DNA from: an uncultured archaeon
Lineage (GTDB): Archaea; Thermoproteota; Nitrososphaeria; JACIWG01
Length of the DNA stretch: 64,000 nucleotides
Assembly: GCA_938034445.1 (NCBI GenBank)
Contig: CALHLD010000026.1
Coordinates: 562 to 64,561 of the forward strand
Direction: 5' to 3'
Shown here one piece after another: positions 9,840 through 18,566 of the stretch; the stretch's first letter is position 1, and each line of letters opens with the position of its first letter. The translations under genes were made by a program, and so were the position numbers. The notes beneath the pieces were generated by a model, which saw nothing but the letters and a program-made list of their open reading frames with translations, did no database searches and had not been told where the DNA came from.

Positions 9840-11096
9840 ATGGTTGATGCAAGAATTTTTAATGATAAATTGGATTTTCTTGAAAACAAAATTTTTGATG
9901 GAAAACTTGTAGTGCCAGATTATAGCAATCTTTGCATAGTTAATCTGCATTCGATTATAGAAAAATTTTTTGGAATAAAAAGCTTATCGCCTTCGAAAAT
10001 GTATATCGAAAATTTTCCAGATTTCACTAACATTAATAAGATTGTCCTCTTTATTATTGATGGTCTAGGATACAGTTTTCTGGAGAACCATTTAAGTAAG
10101 ACAAGCATACTTCTTCCAAATGTTAAAGATCATTATCTTACACCAATAACATCAACATTTCCGTCTACTACATCAACAGCTTTAACAAGCCTTTTTACAG
10201 CCCAAACTCCAGTTGAACATGGTATTGTAGGGTACACAATGTATCTAAAATCTTTAGGCCTAATAATAGATATGCTAAATTTTACACCAGTCTATGGTTG
10301 GATGTCAAATGAAAATATAGTGCAAGAGTTGGGTGCAAATAAAAGCTTATGGACTACAAAACTTATGGAAGAAGGAATAAATGTGCGCATATTAACAAGA
10401 TTCACTACAGCTGAAAGTGGGCTATCTAAGATAATTTATCAAGGACAAAAGATAATAACCTACGTACTTGCCACAGACCTAATCGTTAATTTAAAAAAGT
10501 TGCTCGAATCTACAAATAATCTAATGCTTATTGTCTACTATCCTGGATACGATACCCTTTCACATTTATACGGTCCTTTTTCTGAAGAAGCAGAAACTGA
10601 TCTCACTTTTTTCGAAAGCCTGATTAAAACATTTTTAATTGAAAAACTTGATAAAAAAGTAAAAGATGAAACATTATTTATATTAACTTCTGATCATGGG
10701 CAGTCTCATACAGAGAATGTGATGTTCATAAAAGATATGCCTAGAATATTTGAACATCTCATAATACCGCCGGCAGGTGATAGTAGAGCAGTCTTCCTTT
10801 TTATTAAACAGAATAAAGTTGATAAATTAAAAGGGTTACTCCAGGAGGAGTTGATTGATTTTAAAATACTGGATTCTAATGAGATGTTAAATAAAGGTTT
10901 TTTTGGGGCGCCAAAAACGGATAAAGAAAAAATTACATTAGATGAAAGGATAGGTGACTTGACTCTAGTAGCCACTGGTCAAAGTTCGATACTTTATCCA
11001 TACTCTGAAAAAGATAGGGAACGAAGTAAAAAGGGTTCTCATGGCGGATTAAGTTTAGATGAAATGCTCGTCCCACTATTCGCCTTTAAACTATAG
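9840..11096 (+). CDS. alkaline-phosphatase-superfamily metalloenzyme (type I phosphodiesterase / nucleotide pyrophosphatase family)
   Basis: 418 aa. IIDGLGYSF. TSTFPSTTSTALTSLFTAQTPVEHGIVGY, holding the catalytic Thr/Ser. TSDHGQS. Confidence 0.7.
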   Translation: MVDARIFNDKLDFLENKIFDGKLVVPDYSNLCIVNLHSIIEKFFGIKSLSPSKMYIENFPDFTNINKIVLFIIDGLGYSFLENHLSKTSILLPNVKDHYLTPITSTFPSTTSTALTSLFTAQTPVEHGIVGYTMYLKSLGLIIDMLNFTPVYGWMSNENIVQELGANKSLWTTKLMEEGINVRILTRFTTAESGLSKIIYQGQKIITYVLATDLIVNLKKLLESTNNLMLIVYYPGYDTLSHLYGPFSEEAETDLTFFESLIKTFLIEKLDKKVKDETLFILTSDHGQSHTENVMFIKDMPRIFEHLIIPPAGDSRAVFLFIKQNKVDKLKGLLQEELIDFKILDSNEMLNKGFFGAPKTDKEKITLDERIGDLTLVATGQSSILYPYSEKDRERSKKGSHGGLSLDEMLVPLFAFKL

Positions 11097-11158
11097 TATC
11101 CTTACAAATCCATTTCACAAAAACTTATCTTTTCCAAAATTTAATCCACAAAAATAAT

Positions 11159-11596
11159 ATGATACATGTTAGAAAATATAGTGAAAGAGATTTAGAACAA
11201 ATTTTGAAGATAGAACGGTCCTCGTTCAAATTCCCGTACCCAATGAGTCTGTTTAAAGAACTTTTATCAAATAGGCATACTAGAATGTTTGTTGCTGAAA
11301 CTGTTTCTGACAAAATTGTTGGATACATACTTTATTCGATAAAGTCACCAAAGTGTTTACTCATTTCAGTAGCTGTAGACCCAGAATATAGACGTATGGG
11401 TGTAGGCACTATGTTAATGAAAGCCTTTCTAGATGATATAAAAGATGTTGTTGAAGTAGTTGAATTGCAGGTTAGCTGCAATAACTTTGAAGCGATAAAG
11501 TTTTATTATAAGTTTGGTTTCAAGGTTACTGGTATACTAAAGGGATATTATCCTGACGGGGAAGACGCTTTTCTTATGGTTAAATCTTTAAATTAA
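11159..11596 (+). CDS. GNAT N-acetyltransferase (RimI-like)
   Basis: 145 aa. AVDPEYRRMGVGTMLM acetyl-CoA-binding motif. Confidence 0.8.
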   Translation: MIHVRKYSERDLEQILKIERSSFKFPYPMSLFKELLSNRHTRMFVAETVSDKIVGYILYSIKSPKCLLISVAVDPEYRRMGVGTMLMKAFLDDIKDVVEVVELQVSCNNFEAIKFYYKFGFKVTGILKGYYPDGEDAFLMVKSLN

Positions 11597-12541
11597 TTTT
11601 TGAATTATAAAATCAACCTTTTCCTTAACCATATTATATAATCTTTCACTAAACATTCCTTTTGTAAAAGCTTCCTCAAATTTTTCTTCATCAACAATCT
11701 TTATTGAACCATCAGGGTATACGCATATGTCTATTTCAAGGTCAACATACCTTATGCCGTTTGAAACAAGTTCGACACCTGTTCCAATGTTCACATATTT
11801 TCCCTTAAGCTTTCCATCTCTCGAAAGATACTTTGTAACAATATACATTTCTCCTATCCTAGTAAAGGATTCTGCAATATCATTCTCTTCCTTTTGAACT
11901 TCAAGTCCATCATAGTATCCATCACTTTTGATAAATCTAGAATATTCTAATTTATCATCTAGAAATTTTTTTACGGTAGCTGTTCCAAGCTCATAAACTC
12001 TACCATCCAATTTATGATGTAAAATTCTAATTCTATCACCTTCTTGAGGCAAATGTTTTACTATAACTGCATAAAAGAGTTGTTTCACACTCTCATATGG
12101 TTGTCCTATTTCCAATAATTTTTCAGCCTGCGCAACATACGAAGCAATCTCATTGTTCCATGTTTTGAAAAGATGGTGGTCATCGATTGTTGGGGTGATT
12201 GTGTTTCTTATCCTATCCAATTTCCTTTTCGAATATAATGGGATTATTATGTCCACTATACCGTTAACCAAGCTTTGAGGTGTAAGATGCCTGAAGATAG
12301 GGTCGTCCAAATTTTCTCTAAAAACTCTTACAACATCCTTTATGGCCTCATTTTTTCCTATAACTATCACACCATTTCTATCCAATCTGTCTCTGACTTC
12401 AACATCGAAGCTTTCTTCGTTAGGTTCAATGTTAAATCTATTTATGATTTCAATAGAAGGTTGTGCAATTTTAAAGCCGTTTTCTATGAAAAGTTTAGTT
12501 AATGCTGTAGAATATATTCCCCTAACCTTCACTTTGACCAT
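11588..12541 (-). CDS. FAU-1 / RNase E-like RNA-binding protein (DUF402 family)
   Basis: 317 aa. The N-terminus MVKVKVRGIYSTALTKLFIENGFKIAQ matches the remembered FAU-1 N-terminus (VRIRGIYATALTK). It is shorter than Pyrococcus FAU-1. Confidence 0.5.
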   Translation of the reverse strand: MVKVKVRGIYSTALTKLFIENGFKIAQPSIEIINRFNIEPNEESFDVEVRDRLDRNGVIVIGKNEAIKDVVRVFRENLDDPIFRHLTPQSLVNGIVDIIIPLYSKRKLDRIRNTITPTIDDHHLFKTWNNEIASYVAQAEKLLEIGQPYESVKQLFYAVIVKHLPQEGDRIRILHHKLDGRVYELGTATVKKFLDDKLEYSRFIKSDGYYDGLEVQKEENDIAESFTRIGEMYIVTKYLSRDGKLKGKYVNIGTGVELVSNGIRYVDLEIDICVYPDGSIKIVDEEKFEEAFTKGMFSERLYNMVKEKVDFIIQKLI

Positions 12542-12547
12542 TAAAAA

Positions 12548-13582
12548 TTACACCTTCCTTATCATCCAATTTCCATTAAACTTTGAGACTGAAAACCTTG
12601 TTCCTAATATCTTTTCGCAAAGCCACATATTTGTTTCTAGATGGTCTGAAACTTCCCTAACTATGAACGAAGATTCTCCATTAGCTAGGGCCATGTATGG
12701 TATTAGCATATCAGCCATGTGAACATCAACTGTAACCTTTCTTTCTATTTCAGAAATAAGTTTTTCAGCTGCCTCTACACCCACACTTTCACTAGATTTA
12801 CCTATTTCTCCAATAGCATCAGAACCTAATATTACACCCCTATCACTCTCACACCACAAGACAATAGAACTTCCCTTCTGCATCGGGTTCGACTCGTCAT
12901 ATACGATATCGATTCTCGAATTAAGCCCTATTTTATTAAACTCTCTTGCAGCCGCTGAAGCTTGCCTCTCAGAAACTCTTCTATCTTTTAAAAATGTGCA
13001 TATTGAAATACCACGTACCTCCTTCATGTTTCCAAACTCTTCCAATACTATTGGAAAAAGTCTACTTACTGGATTTACAGAAAGTACTGCCTCCCCCATA
13101 CCAACCGGATAATATCCATATTTTATTACTTGGATATCTGCACTTACTCCCATTTTGTTTAAAACTTTTAGTAACACATTTTTTAGATAGTTTATTGTAG
13201 GCGATGCCCTAACATCTGTTCCACCCCTTTTTACTGTTAAATTCACTTTTTCTTTAGCGAATATACATATAGGTAAAACTGTCATAAAAAGCATTGGAAT
13301 ACTACCAGCTGTACCTATTTCACTTTCGAAATTTCCACCCCTTATTCTAGTAGGCTTAAACCAAAGCTCCTTTGAGCCTAAGTATGCACCCTTAACCTCA
13401 GCATCAACAAGCTTTGAAGCCGTCAGGACTGCCTCCAAATGTTGTGGCCTAAGACCTGGATTATCCCTCTTCTTCCTAATATTAAAAATATGTAGCTCTT
13501 CATTTAGTATCGAAGCTAAAGCTATAGAAAGTCTAAGTATTGTACCACTTCCACTCTTTTCTCCCCCATCTATCTCTATCAT
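12548..13582 (-). CDS. rtcA: RNA 3'-terminal phosphate cyclase
   Basis: 344 aa. MIEIDGGEKSGSGTILRLSIALASIL resembles the RtcA N-terminus (IDGS.GEGGGQILR.A.ALS). Size and domain order fit. Confidence 0.75.
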   Translation of the reverse strand: MIEIDGGEKSGSGTILRLSIALASILNEELHIFNIRKKRDNPGLRPQHLEAVLTASKLVDAEVKGAYLGSKELWFKPTRIRGGNFESEIGTAGSIPMLFMTVLPICIFAKEKVNLTVKRGGTDVRASPTINYLKNVLLKVLNKMGVSADIQVIKYGYYPVGMGEAVLSVNPVSRLFPIVLEEFGNMKEVRGISICTFLKDRRVSERQASAAAREFNKIGLNSRIDIVYDESNPMQKGSSIVLWCESDRGVILGSDAIGEIGKSSESVGVEAAEKLISEIERKVTVDVHMADMLIPYMALANGESSFIVREVSDHLETNMWLCEKILGTRFSVSKFNGNWMIRKV

Positions 13583-13658
13583 AGAATACGCTTATGAAAG
13601 TATAAATTATAATATAAATTTTTAAAAGGAAAAAAGAAAAAATAAAATTTAAACTTTC

Positions 13659-14876
13659 TTATTGGCTTACAGGTTTCTTGAGCAGCAGAATCACTATCAC
13701 TATTCCAATCGCCGCAAGTAGTGCTACCATATAAAATGATGAAAGATAGCTTCCTGTGATATCACGTATGATGCCAGAAGTTAATGCTCCTATAATTGCG
13801 CCAGTACCGTAGGCTGTAAATACGATACCATAATTTTTTCCATAAAATTTTGTTCCAAAAAATGATGCTGTTGCAGTAGGTGCGATGGCAAGCCATCCGC
13901 CTAGATTAAGCCAGAGAATACTGAAACCAATTAAGTAAAGTGCAACATTTCCATCTCCAAAGAAAGCTAGTGCTAAAGATGCTGTAATAATCATAGTATA
14001 AGAAAGTAGTGCCGCATATTTTGGTGTTATTCTATCAGTAAGCCATCCAAATAATGGCCTTCCAAAGCCATTAAAGACTGCAAAGATTGAGACCGCTAAG
14101 CCAGAGGTTATTGGATCAACTCGAGCAACTTCTCTACCAAAGGGTGCGGAAATACCTATCGCCATTAATCCAGCCGTTGTTCCTATAGTGTAGGTTAACC
14201 AAAGTGCATAGAAGCATTTTGTTTTAAGCATCTGATAAGGTGTATAATTGGATTGAGTGCTTATACTTTGGATGCTACCCTGACTTTTTAGGCTAATATC
14301 TTCTGGAGGAAATTTTAGTGGCAGTGAAAGCAAGAATAGTGTTAATAGGAAAAAGGTTCCAAGATATCCGAAGGTTGTAAGTGGACCCAGCATTAAAATT
14401 AAGTACGTCATTAAAGGCGCCATAACAAGTGCTGAAAGGCCGAAACCTAAAACTGTTAAACCTATAGCCAGCCCCCTCTTGTCCGGAAACCATTTTGCAG
14501 AAACACTAATAGGCACACCATAAGTGATCCCTACACCGATTCCTCCCAAAAGACCATACAATAATGTTAGAACATATATGTTTGGAGAAAAGCTTGCAAG
14601 TATCCATCCAGCTCCAACCAATAAGCTTCCTAATATTGAAGTCTTCTTTGCTCCAATCTTTTCTAAAATTATACCGCCAAAAGGCATAGTGTAACCAAAT
14701 GTTGCAAGAAAAACCAGATACGGTAGCCCACTTTCTGTTACAGAAATGTTCCAAAAACTTTCTAAAGGCTTTCTAAAAACACTAAAAGCGTAGATGGCGC
14801 CAAGAATTAAATGTATAACTGCACCAACAATCACATAAATCCATCTCCTATTATAAGAGCTAGTATGTGATGTCAT
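13659..14876 (-). CDS. MFS transporter (oxalate/formate antiporter-like)
   Basis: 405 aa. 12 predicted TM segments, MFS layout. Confidence 0.8.
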   Translation of the reverse strand: MTSHTSSYNRRWIYVIVGAVIHLILGAIYAFSVFRKPLESFWNISVTESGLPYLVFLATFGYTMPFGGIILEKIGAKKTSILGSLLVGAGWILASFSPNIYVLTLLYGLLGGIGVGITYGVPISVSAKWFPDKRGLAIGLTVLGFGLSALVMAPLMTYLILMLGPLTTFGYLGTFFLLTLFLLSLPLKFPPEDISLKSQGSIQSISTQSNYTPYQMLKTKCFYALWLTYTIGTTAGLMAIGISAPFGREVARVDPITSGLAVSIFAVFNGFGRPLFGWLTDRITPKYAALLSYTMIITASLALAFFGDGNVALYLIGFSILWLNLGGWLAIAPTATASFFGTKFYGKNYGIVFTAYGTGAIIGALTSGIIRDITGSYLSSFYMVALLAAIGIVIVILLLKKPVSQ

Positions 14877-14967
14877 ATTTGGTCCTACTTGCTAGCAAAG
14901 AAGACAATTTATATTCTTTTCTTTAAAAATGGTAAAAATTTTTAAAATAGTATAGAATTCAATAAGT

Positions 14968-15444
14968 GTGCGAAGACTATATAATGATAAAGATCTTCAG
15001 GAATACATTAAATTAAATAAACTTGAAGCTGAAATCCTATATTTTAAGGAGCATACTATGACTGTTGAATCAGCAGCAGAAAAATTAAAAGTGCCTAAAG
15101 AATATATTATAAAAAGTATTTTGGTCTTAAATGAAAGAAGTGAACCCTTTCTAATAATATTAAATGGTGATAGAAAAGTATCGTTTCAAAAGGTTATGAA
15201 AATTACTAATTCAGAAAACATCAGGTTAGCTAAAGCGAAAGAAGTTAAGGAAATTCTAGGATATGAGATAGGGAGTGTGCCGCCAATTTTTCATAAAAAT
15301 AGTGTAAAAGTGTTTATTGACGAACGTGTCCTTAAATACGATTACGTTATTGGTGGTGGAGGTTCAACTCACTCTCTCCTTAAAATTAGGCCAAAGGATG
15401 TCCTTAATCTAACGAAAGCGCTAGTTTATGATATTAGTGAATAA
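14968..15444 (+). CDS. YbaK/ProX-family aminoacyl-tRNA deacylase domain protein
   Basis: 158 aa. The conserved lysine context and the GSVPPIFH region fit the YbaK editing domain. Its last 8 codons form direct repeat copy A. Confidence 0.7.
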   Translation: MRRLYNDKDLQEYIKLNKLEAEILYFKEHTMTVESAAEKLKVPKEYIIKSILVLNERSEPFLIILNGDRKVSFQKVMKITNSENIRLAKAKEVKEILGYEIGSVPPIFHKNSVKVFIDERVLKYDYVIGGGGSTHSLLKIRPKDVLNLTKALVYDISE

Positions 15445-15449
15445 AAAAT
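15420..15449. repeat. direct repeat copy A (GCTAGTTTATGATATTAGTGAATAAAAAAT), equal to the 3' end and stop codon of the ybaK-like gene
   Basis: Matches 18523-18552 at 27 of 29 positions, with extended weaker similarity upstream. Both copies read in frame as xLVYDI(S/G)E-stop. Confidence 0.65.
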
Positions 15450-15972
15450 TTAATGCTTTATTGCTTAATTTAGTTTCCGATTGGCTGTTAATAAAAGATA
15501 CATCAAGAAAGAAATAGAACAGTGAAGCTATTGCAACCAAAGTACAATTATCAGATTTGTATTAATTTCATCTACAATGATGTTTAGAGAAAGTTTGAAC
15601 TGTTTATTTAAATGAGGCTGCAGCAATGCTTGTTGGAATAGCAGCTAGGGCCAAGAGCGGTCATTTTAACCGCTAGGGAGAAGGATGGAAAAAAGAGGTT
15701 AAGGCTTAACTGTGGCATGCTTATAAGCGAACATATTAACACTTCCGGAAGGTCTGGTTGGTCAGTGTTTAGTATATGCGAGCCATAGTAAAAGTCAAGA
15801 ACCTCTATGTGCGATGGCTAAGTGACTAAGCTCAAATTGGCTAGTCAAAGCCCAGAGTTTGATTAGAACTAGGGTTCTACAAATAAAAATTGGGCATTTT
15901 TAGAGAAAGTGGTGTTTGAAGTAACTGTATGGCGAATGAGATACATTTATATAACGCCGTTATATAATTATA

Positions 15973-16395
15973 TTGGGTGATGAAATGCCAAAAATATCCA
16001 TAATTGTGGCTTCAGAAAAACTGGATAAGCTATTTCCGGCGGCAACACTGGCCACAACAGCAGCCGTTATGGGCTGGGAATCAGAGATGTTCTTTACATT
16101 CTGGGGTCTCTTAGCCCTAAAAAAGGGTTATGAGCCAAAGGAAGTTAGCTCAGATTACAAAAGCTATGAAGATGATTTAAGGAGAGCAATCAGCTCAGGA
16201 GCTATGCCAAGCTGGCTAGAAATATTGGAGCAGGGGAAGAAGACTGGAAAATTGAAGATTTACGCTTGTTCCACAACGATGAATTTTCTTGGTGTGAAGA
16301 CTGAAGACCTAGTAGCATATGTTGATGAGGTTGTTGGTGCCGCGTCCTTTTTAAGTAAAGCGAAAGATTCAGATATTAATCTCTTCATATCATAA
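15973..16395 (+). CDS. DsrE/DsrF-like sulfur-relay family protein
   Basis: 140 aa, probable true start MPKISII. KISIIVASEKLDKLFPAATLATTAAVMGWESEMFFTFWGL and a C-terminal Cys (IYACSTTM) fit the DsrE fold. Confidence 0.65.
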   Translation: MGDEMPKISIIVASEKLDKLFPAATLATTAAVMGWESEMFFTFWGLLALKKGYEPKEVSSDYKSYEDDLRRAISSGAMPSWLEILEQGKKTGKLKIYACSTTMNFLGVKTEDLVAYVDEVVGAASFLSKAKDSDINLFIS

Positions 16396-16400
16396 TATAG

Positions 16401-16640
16401 GTGGTAACTTTGGAAGCTAATATAGTTGTTGATGCGCGAAATAAGTCTTGCCCAGGCCCACTTTTGGCATTAACTAAAGCAGTTATGAAGGCCAGTCCAG
16501 GTCAGATAATTATGCTCCTGTCAACCGATCCAGGTGCCCCTCAAGATATTAGGGAATGGGCCTCACATGCGGGTCATAAGGTTCTGAATGTTGAAAAGAT
16601 GGGTGAAACATATCGGATATACTTAGAGGTTTTGGGTTGA
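16401..16640 (+). CDS. tusA: TusA-like sulfur-carrier protein (CPxP motif)
   Basis: 79 aa. DARNKSCPGPLLALTKAV is the TusA active-site CPxP. Lies 5 nt after the DsrE-like gene. Confidence 0.8.
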   Translation: MVTLEANIVVDARNKSCPGPLLALTKAVMKASPGQIIMLLSTDPGAPQDIREWASHAGHKVLNVEKMGETYRIYLEVLG

Positions 16641-16965
16641 CCTATAGTGACCTATCAGAACCGGCATACTGGTTAACACCGTGTGTCCCGGATAGGCCCT
16701 GACAAGAGGATTAAGAATCCGGTCAGGTTAACCTCGGATAAAACGGGTGAACGATTGAGGAAATCATAAGCAAATGTTGAGCACTTTTTAATCTAATAGA
16801 CGATAATGTAGCCATACGCTGACTCCCTTCATAATGCTTCTATAAGCTCGGTATATAGCGCCTTGGTCACTAAGTCTATGAAAAAATTAAAGCTTCAAAA
16901 CTAAACGATATAATCAAATCTTTTCAATTATGAAAATCATTAAATATAATCATTTCAATTTTAAG

Positions 16966-17400
16966 TCAAATTTTAAGTTCTGTTAAAGTACGTTTTATCT
17001 CGTTCACAACAAATTTAGCGTTATCAATTATTTCTTTGGCTTTTTCTCGAGTATAATATTCCATTGGAGTCAACCATTTGCCTCCAACTTTTAGAGGATA
17101 ACGTGCATACACCACCTCCCTTTGGATCATGCCTCCCTTCTCAATCAATTGAATGTATCTTTCTTCCCTAAGCAGCTCTGGTTTCACTCTTCTGATAACC
17201 GCTGCTAAGCCGCTTATCGCTCTATGATTTTTTGCCTCATTTCCTCCAAGTTTTATGATTAAGGCGTTTGCTATACTTTCAACAGCTAAAGAAGCATGAA
17301 AAACGGCAGAATCATATTCTCCGGTTTTAAAACGTTTTTCCGCCCTAGCCAAATTCACTTCAGAAACCCTAATTAAAACATCTATTTTGTTTTCAACCAT
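16966..17400 (-). CDS. HEPN-domain protein (toxin partner of the minimal nucleotidyltransferase)
   Basis: 144 aa, all-helical. Overlaps the upstream MNT gene by 19 nt, the classic HEPN/MNT pair arrangement. Confidence 0.65.
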   Translation of the reverse strand: MVENKIDVLIRVSEVNLARAEKRFKTGEYDSAVFHASLAVESIANALIIKLGGNEAKNHRAISGLAAVIRRVKPELLREERYIQLIEKGGMIQREVVYARYPLKVGGKWLTPMEYYTREKAKEIIDNAKFVVNEIKRTLTELKI

Positions 17401-18014
17401 ATTCTTGTCTCACTTAAATATTCATGGCTGCATCTAATCTCTTCCACCCTACTATGCAGTATTCTGGCTAGCTTGCCCGTCTTATCAACTAAAACTTCAA
17501 AGCCTTCTGCGATACCATATATAATGCCGCCTTCACTTGAATAAACATTATCGAGGAAATCTTCTTCTGTCAAAATTAATGGTTCAATCATAATGTGATA
17601 TTCTCTTTCAAGCTCTAAAATTTTGGGCATAATCTTCGCCTTAGCCTTTTCGAGTGGTTTATCGACAACGATAATCATGTCCAAATCACTAAGCTCATTA
17701 GCCCTTTTCTGAGTTACACTACCAAAAAGAACGATGGTCTTAACAATAGGCAGTTTTGAAAGTTTATCGGACATTCGTTTAGCTTGGAAGCGCATATATA
17801 AACTTAATTCATAAGTGGAAACATCTAACTTGTGGGCTAAACTATACCATTTACCATCCTTTTTAATAACTCCTTTACTTTCTAATTCTCTAAGCTTAAA
17901 AGTCAACCATCTATCACTTAATCCAGTCTCAGTCTTCAATTCTTTGTAAGTATGTCTTCCATGATTCAAGACCAGGAACACTTTTCCTTCAGGAGTTAAA
18001 GAGACTATTTCCAT
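17382..18014 (-). CDS. minimal nucleotidyltransferase (Pol-beta fold) with N-terminal wHTH; antitoxin partner of HEPN
   Basis: 210 aa. VLFGSVTQKRANELSDLDMIIVV carries the GS...D.D nucleotidyltransferase motif. The N-terminal 60 aa are wHTH-like. Confidence 0.75.
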   Translation of the reverse strand: MEIVSLTPEGKVFLVLNHGRHTYKELKTETGLSDRWLTFKLRELESKGVIKKDGKWYSLAHKLDVSTYELSLYMRFQAKRMSDKLSKLPIVKTIVLFGSVTQKRANELSDLDMIIVVDKPLEKAKAKIMPKILELEREYHIMIEPLILTEEDFLDNVYSSEGGIIYGIAEGFEVLVDKTGKLARILHSRVEEIRCSHEYLSETRIWLKTK

Positions 18015-18522
18015 CGTTATTCACCAATTAAATATAATACACCAAATAATAAATACTTTACTAAGTAAAGTTAGACTGAATCTTGACCGAGATTCAACTA
18101 AACCTTGAAATTATAACTTCATGGTTATTAAAAAAATTAAATGAGCAAATCTTATCTGATTTCAGGTTTCTATAAGATCGGCCCAAAAGGACTTTTGCAT
18201 TCTGTTAAGAAGTATGGTGGTTTAAATGTTGACATTCTCCTCGGCTTAAGTCGGGAGATTCTCGGTTCTTTGTCCTTAGGGGTTCATCATACCGAGTTCG
18301 GGCTGTGTCAAATCAGCCCATAGCATGAGCGTATAACCTGTGCCCCGCTCGCCCGAACCACCTCCCCCACTTCAGCCTGAAGCCTTATTCGGGCTCTTGG
18401 ACACCCAGACTACATTCGAGCGACACGCTCAAAATATGAGCAGAAAATTCTATATTTAAATTTATCGACAGTTCATTCCAGAGCTAAAGCTCTAGGCTTT
18501 CTTGTTGAATTTTTGTAAAGGA

Positions 18523-18552
18523 GCTAGTTTATGATATAGGTGAATAAAAAAA
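18523..18552. repeat. direct repeat copy B (GCTAGTTTATGATATAGGTGAATAAAAAAA), an orphan copy of the ybaK-like 3' end
   Basis: See copy A. Sits 3.1 kb downstream with no ybaK body attached. Confidence 0.65.
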
Positions 18553-18566
18553 TAAAATTGGGGGGC

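Noticed and set aside
15600-16800. Identification of the G+C-rich blocks as RNase P RNA or SRP (7S) RNA
   Set aside because: I looked for the universal RNase P P4 sequence (GGAAAGUCCGGGC) and the SRP helix-8 GGAAG...AGCAGC pair. Only partial resemblances were found (GGUCAGG; GGAAUAGCAGC without closing stem). They are left as unassigned structured-RNA candidates.
18141-18323. 60-aa ORF in the island's right-hand noncoding block
   Set aside because: Low-complexity, overlaps the run of perfect hairpins, and has no start context. More likely structured RNA/DNA than coding.
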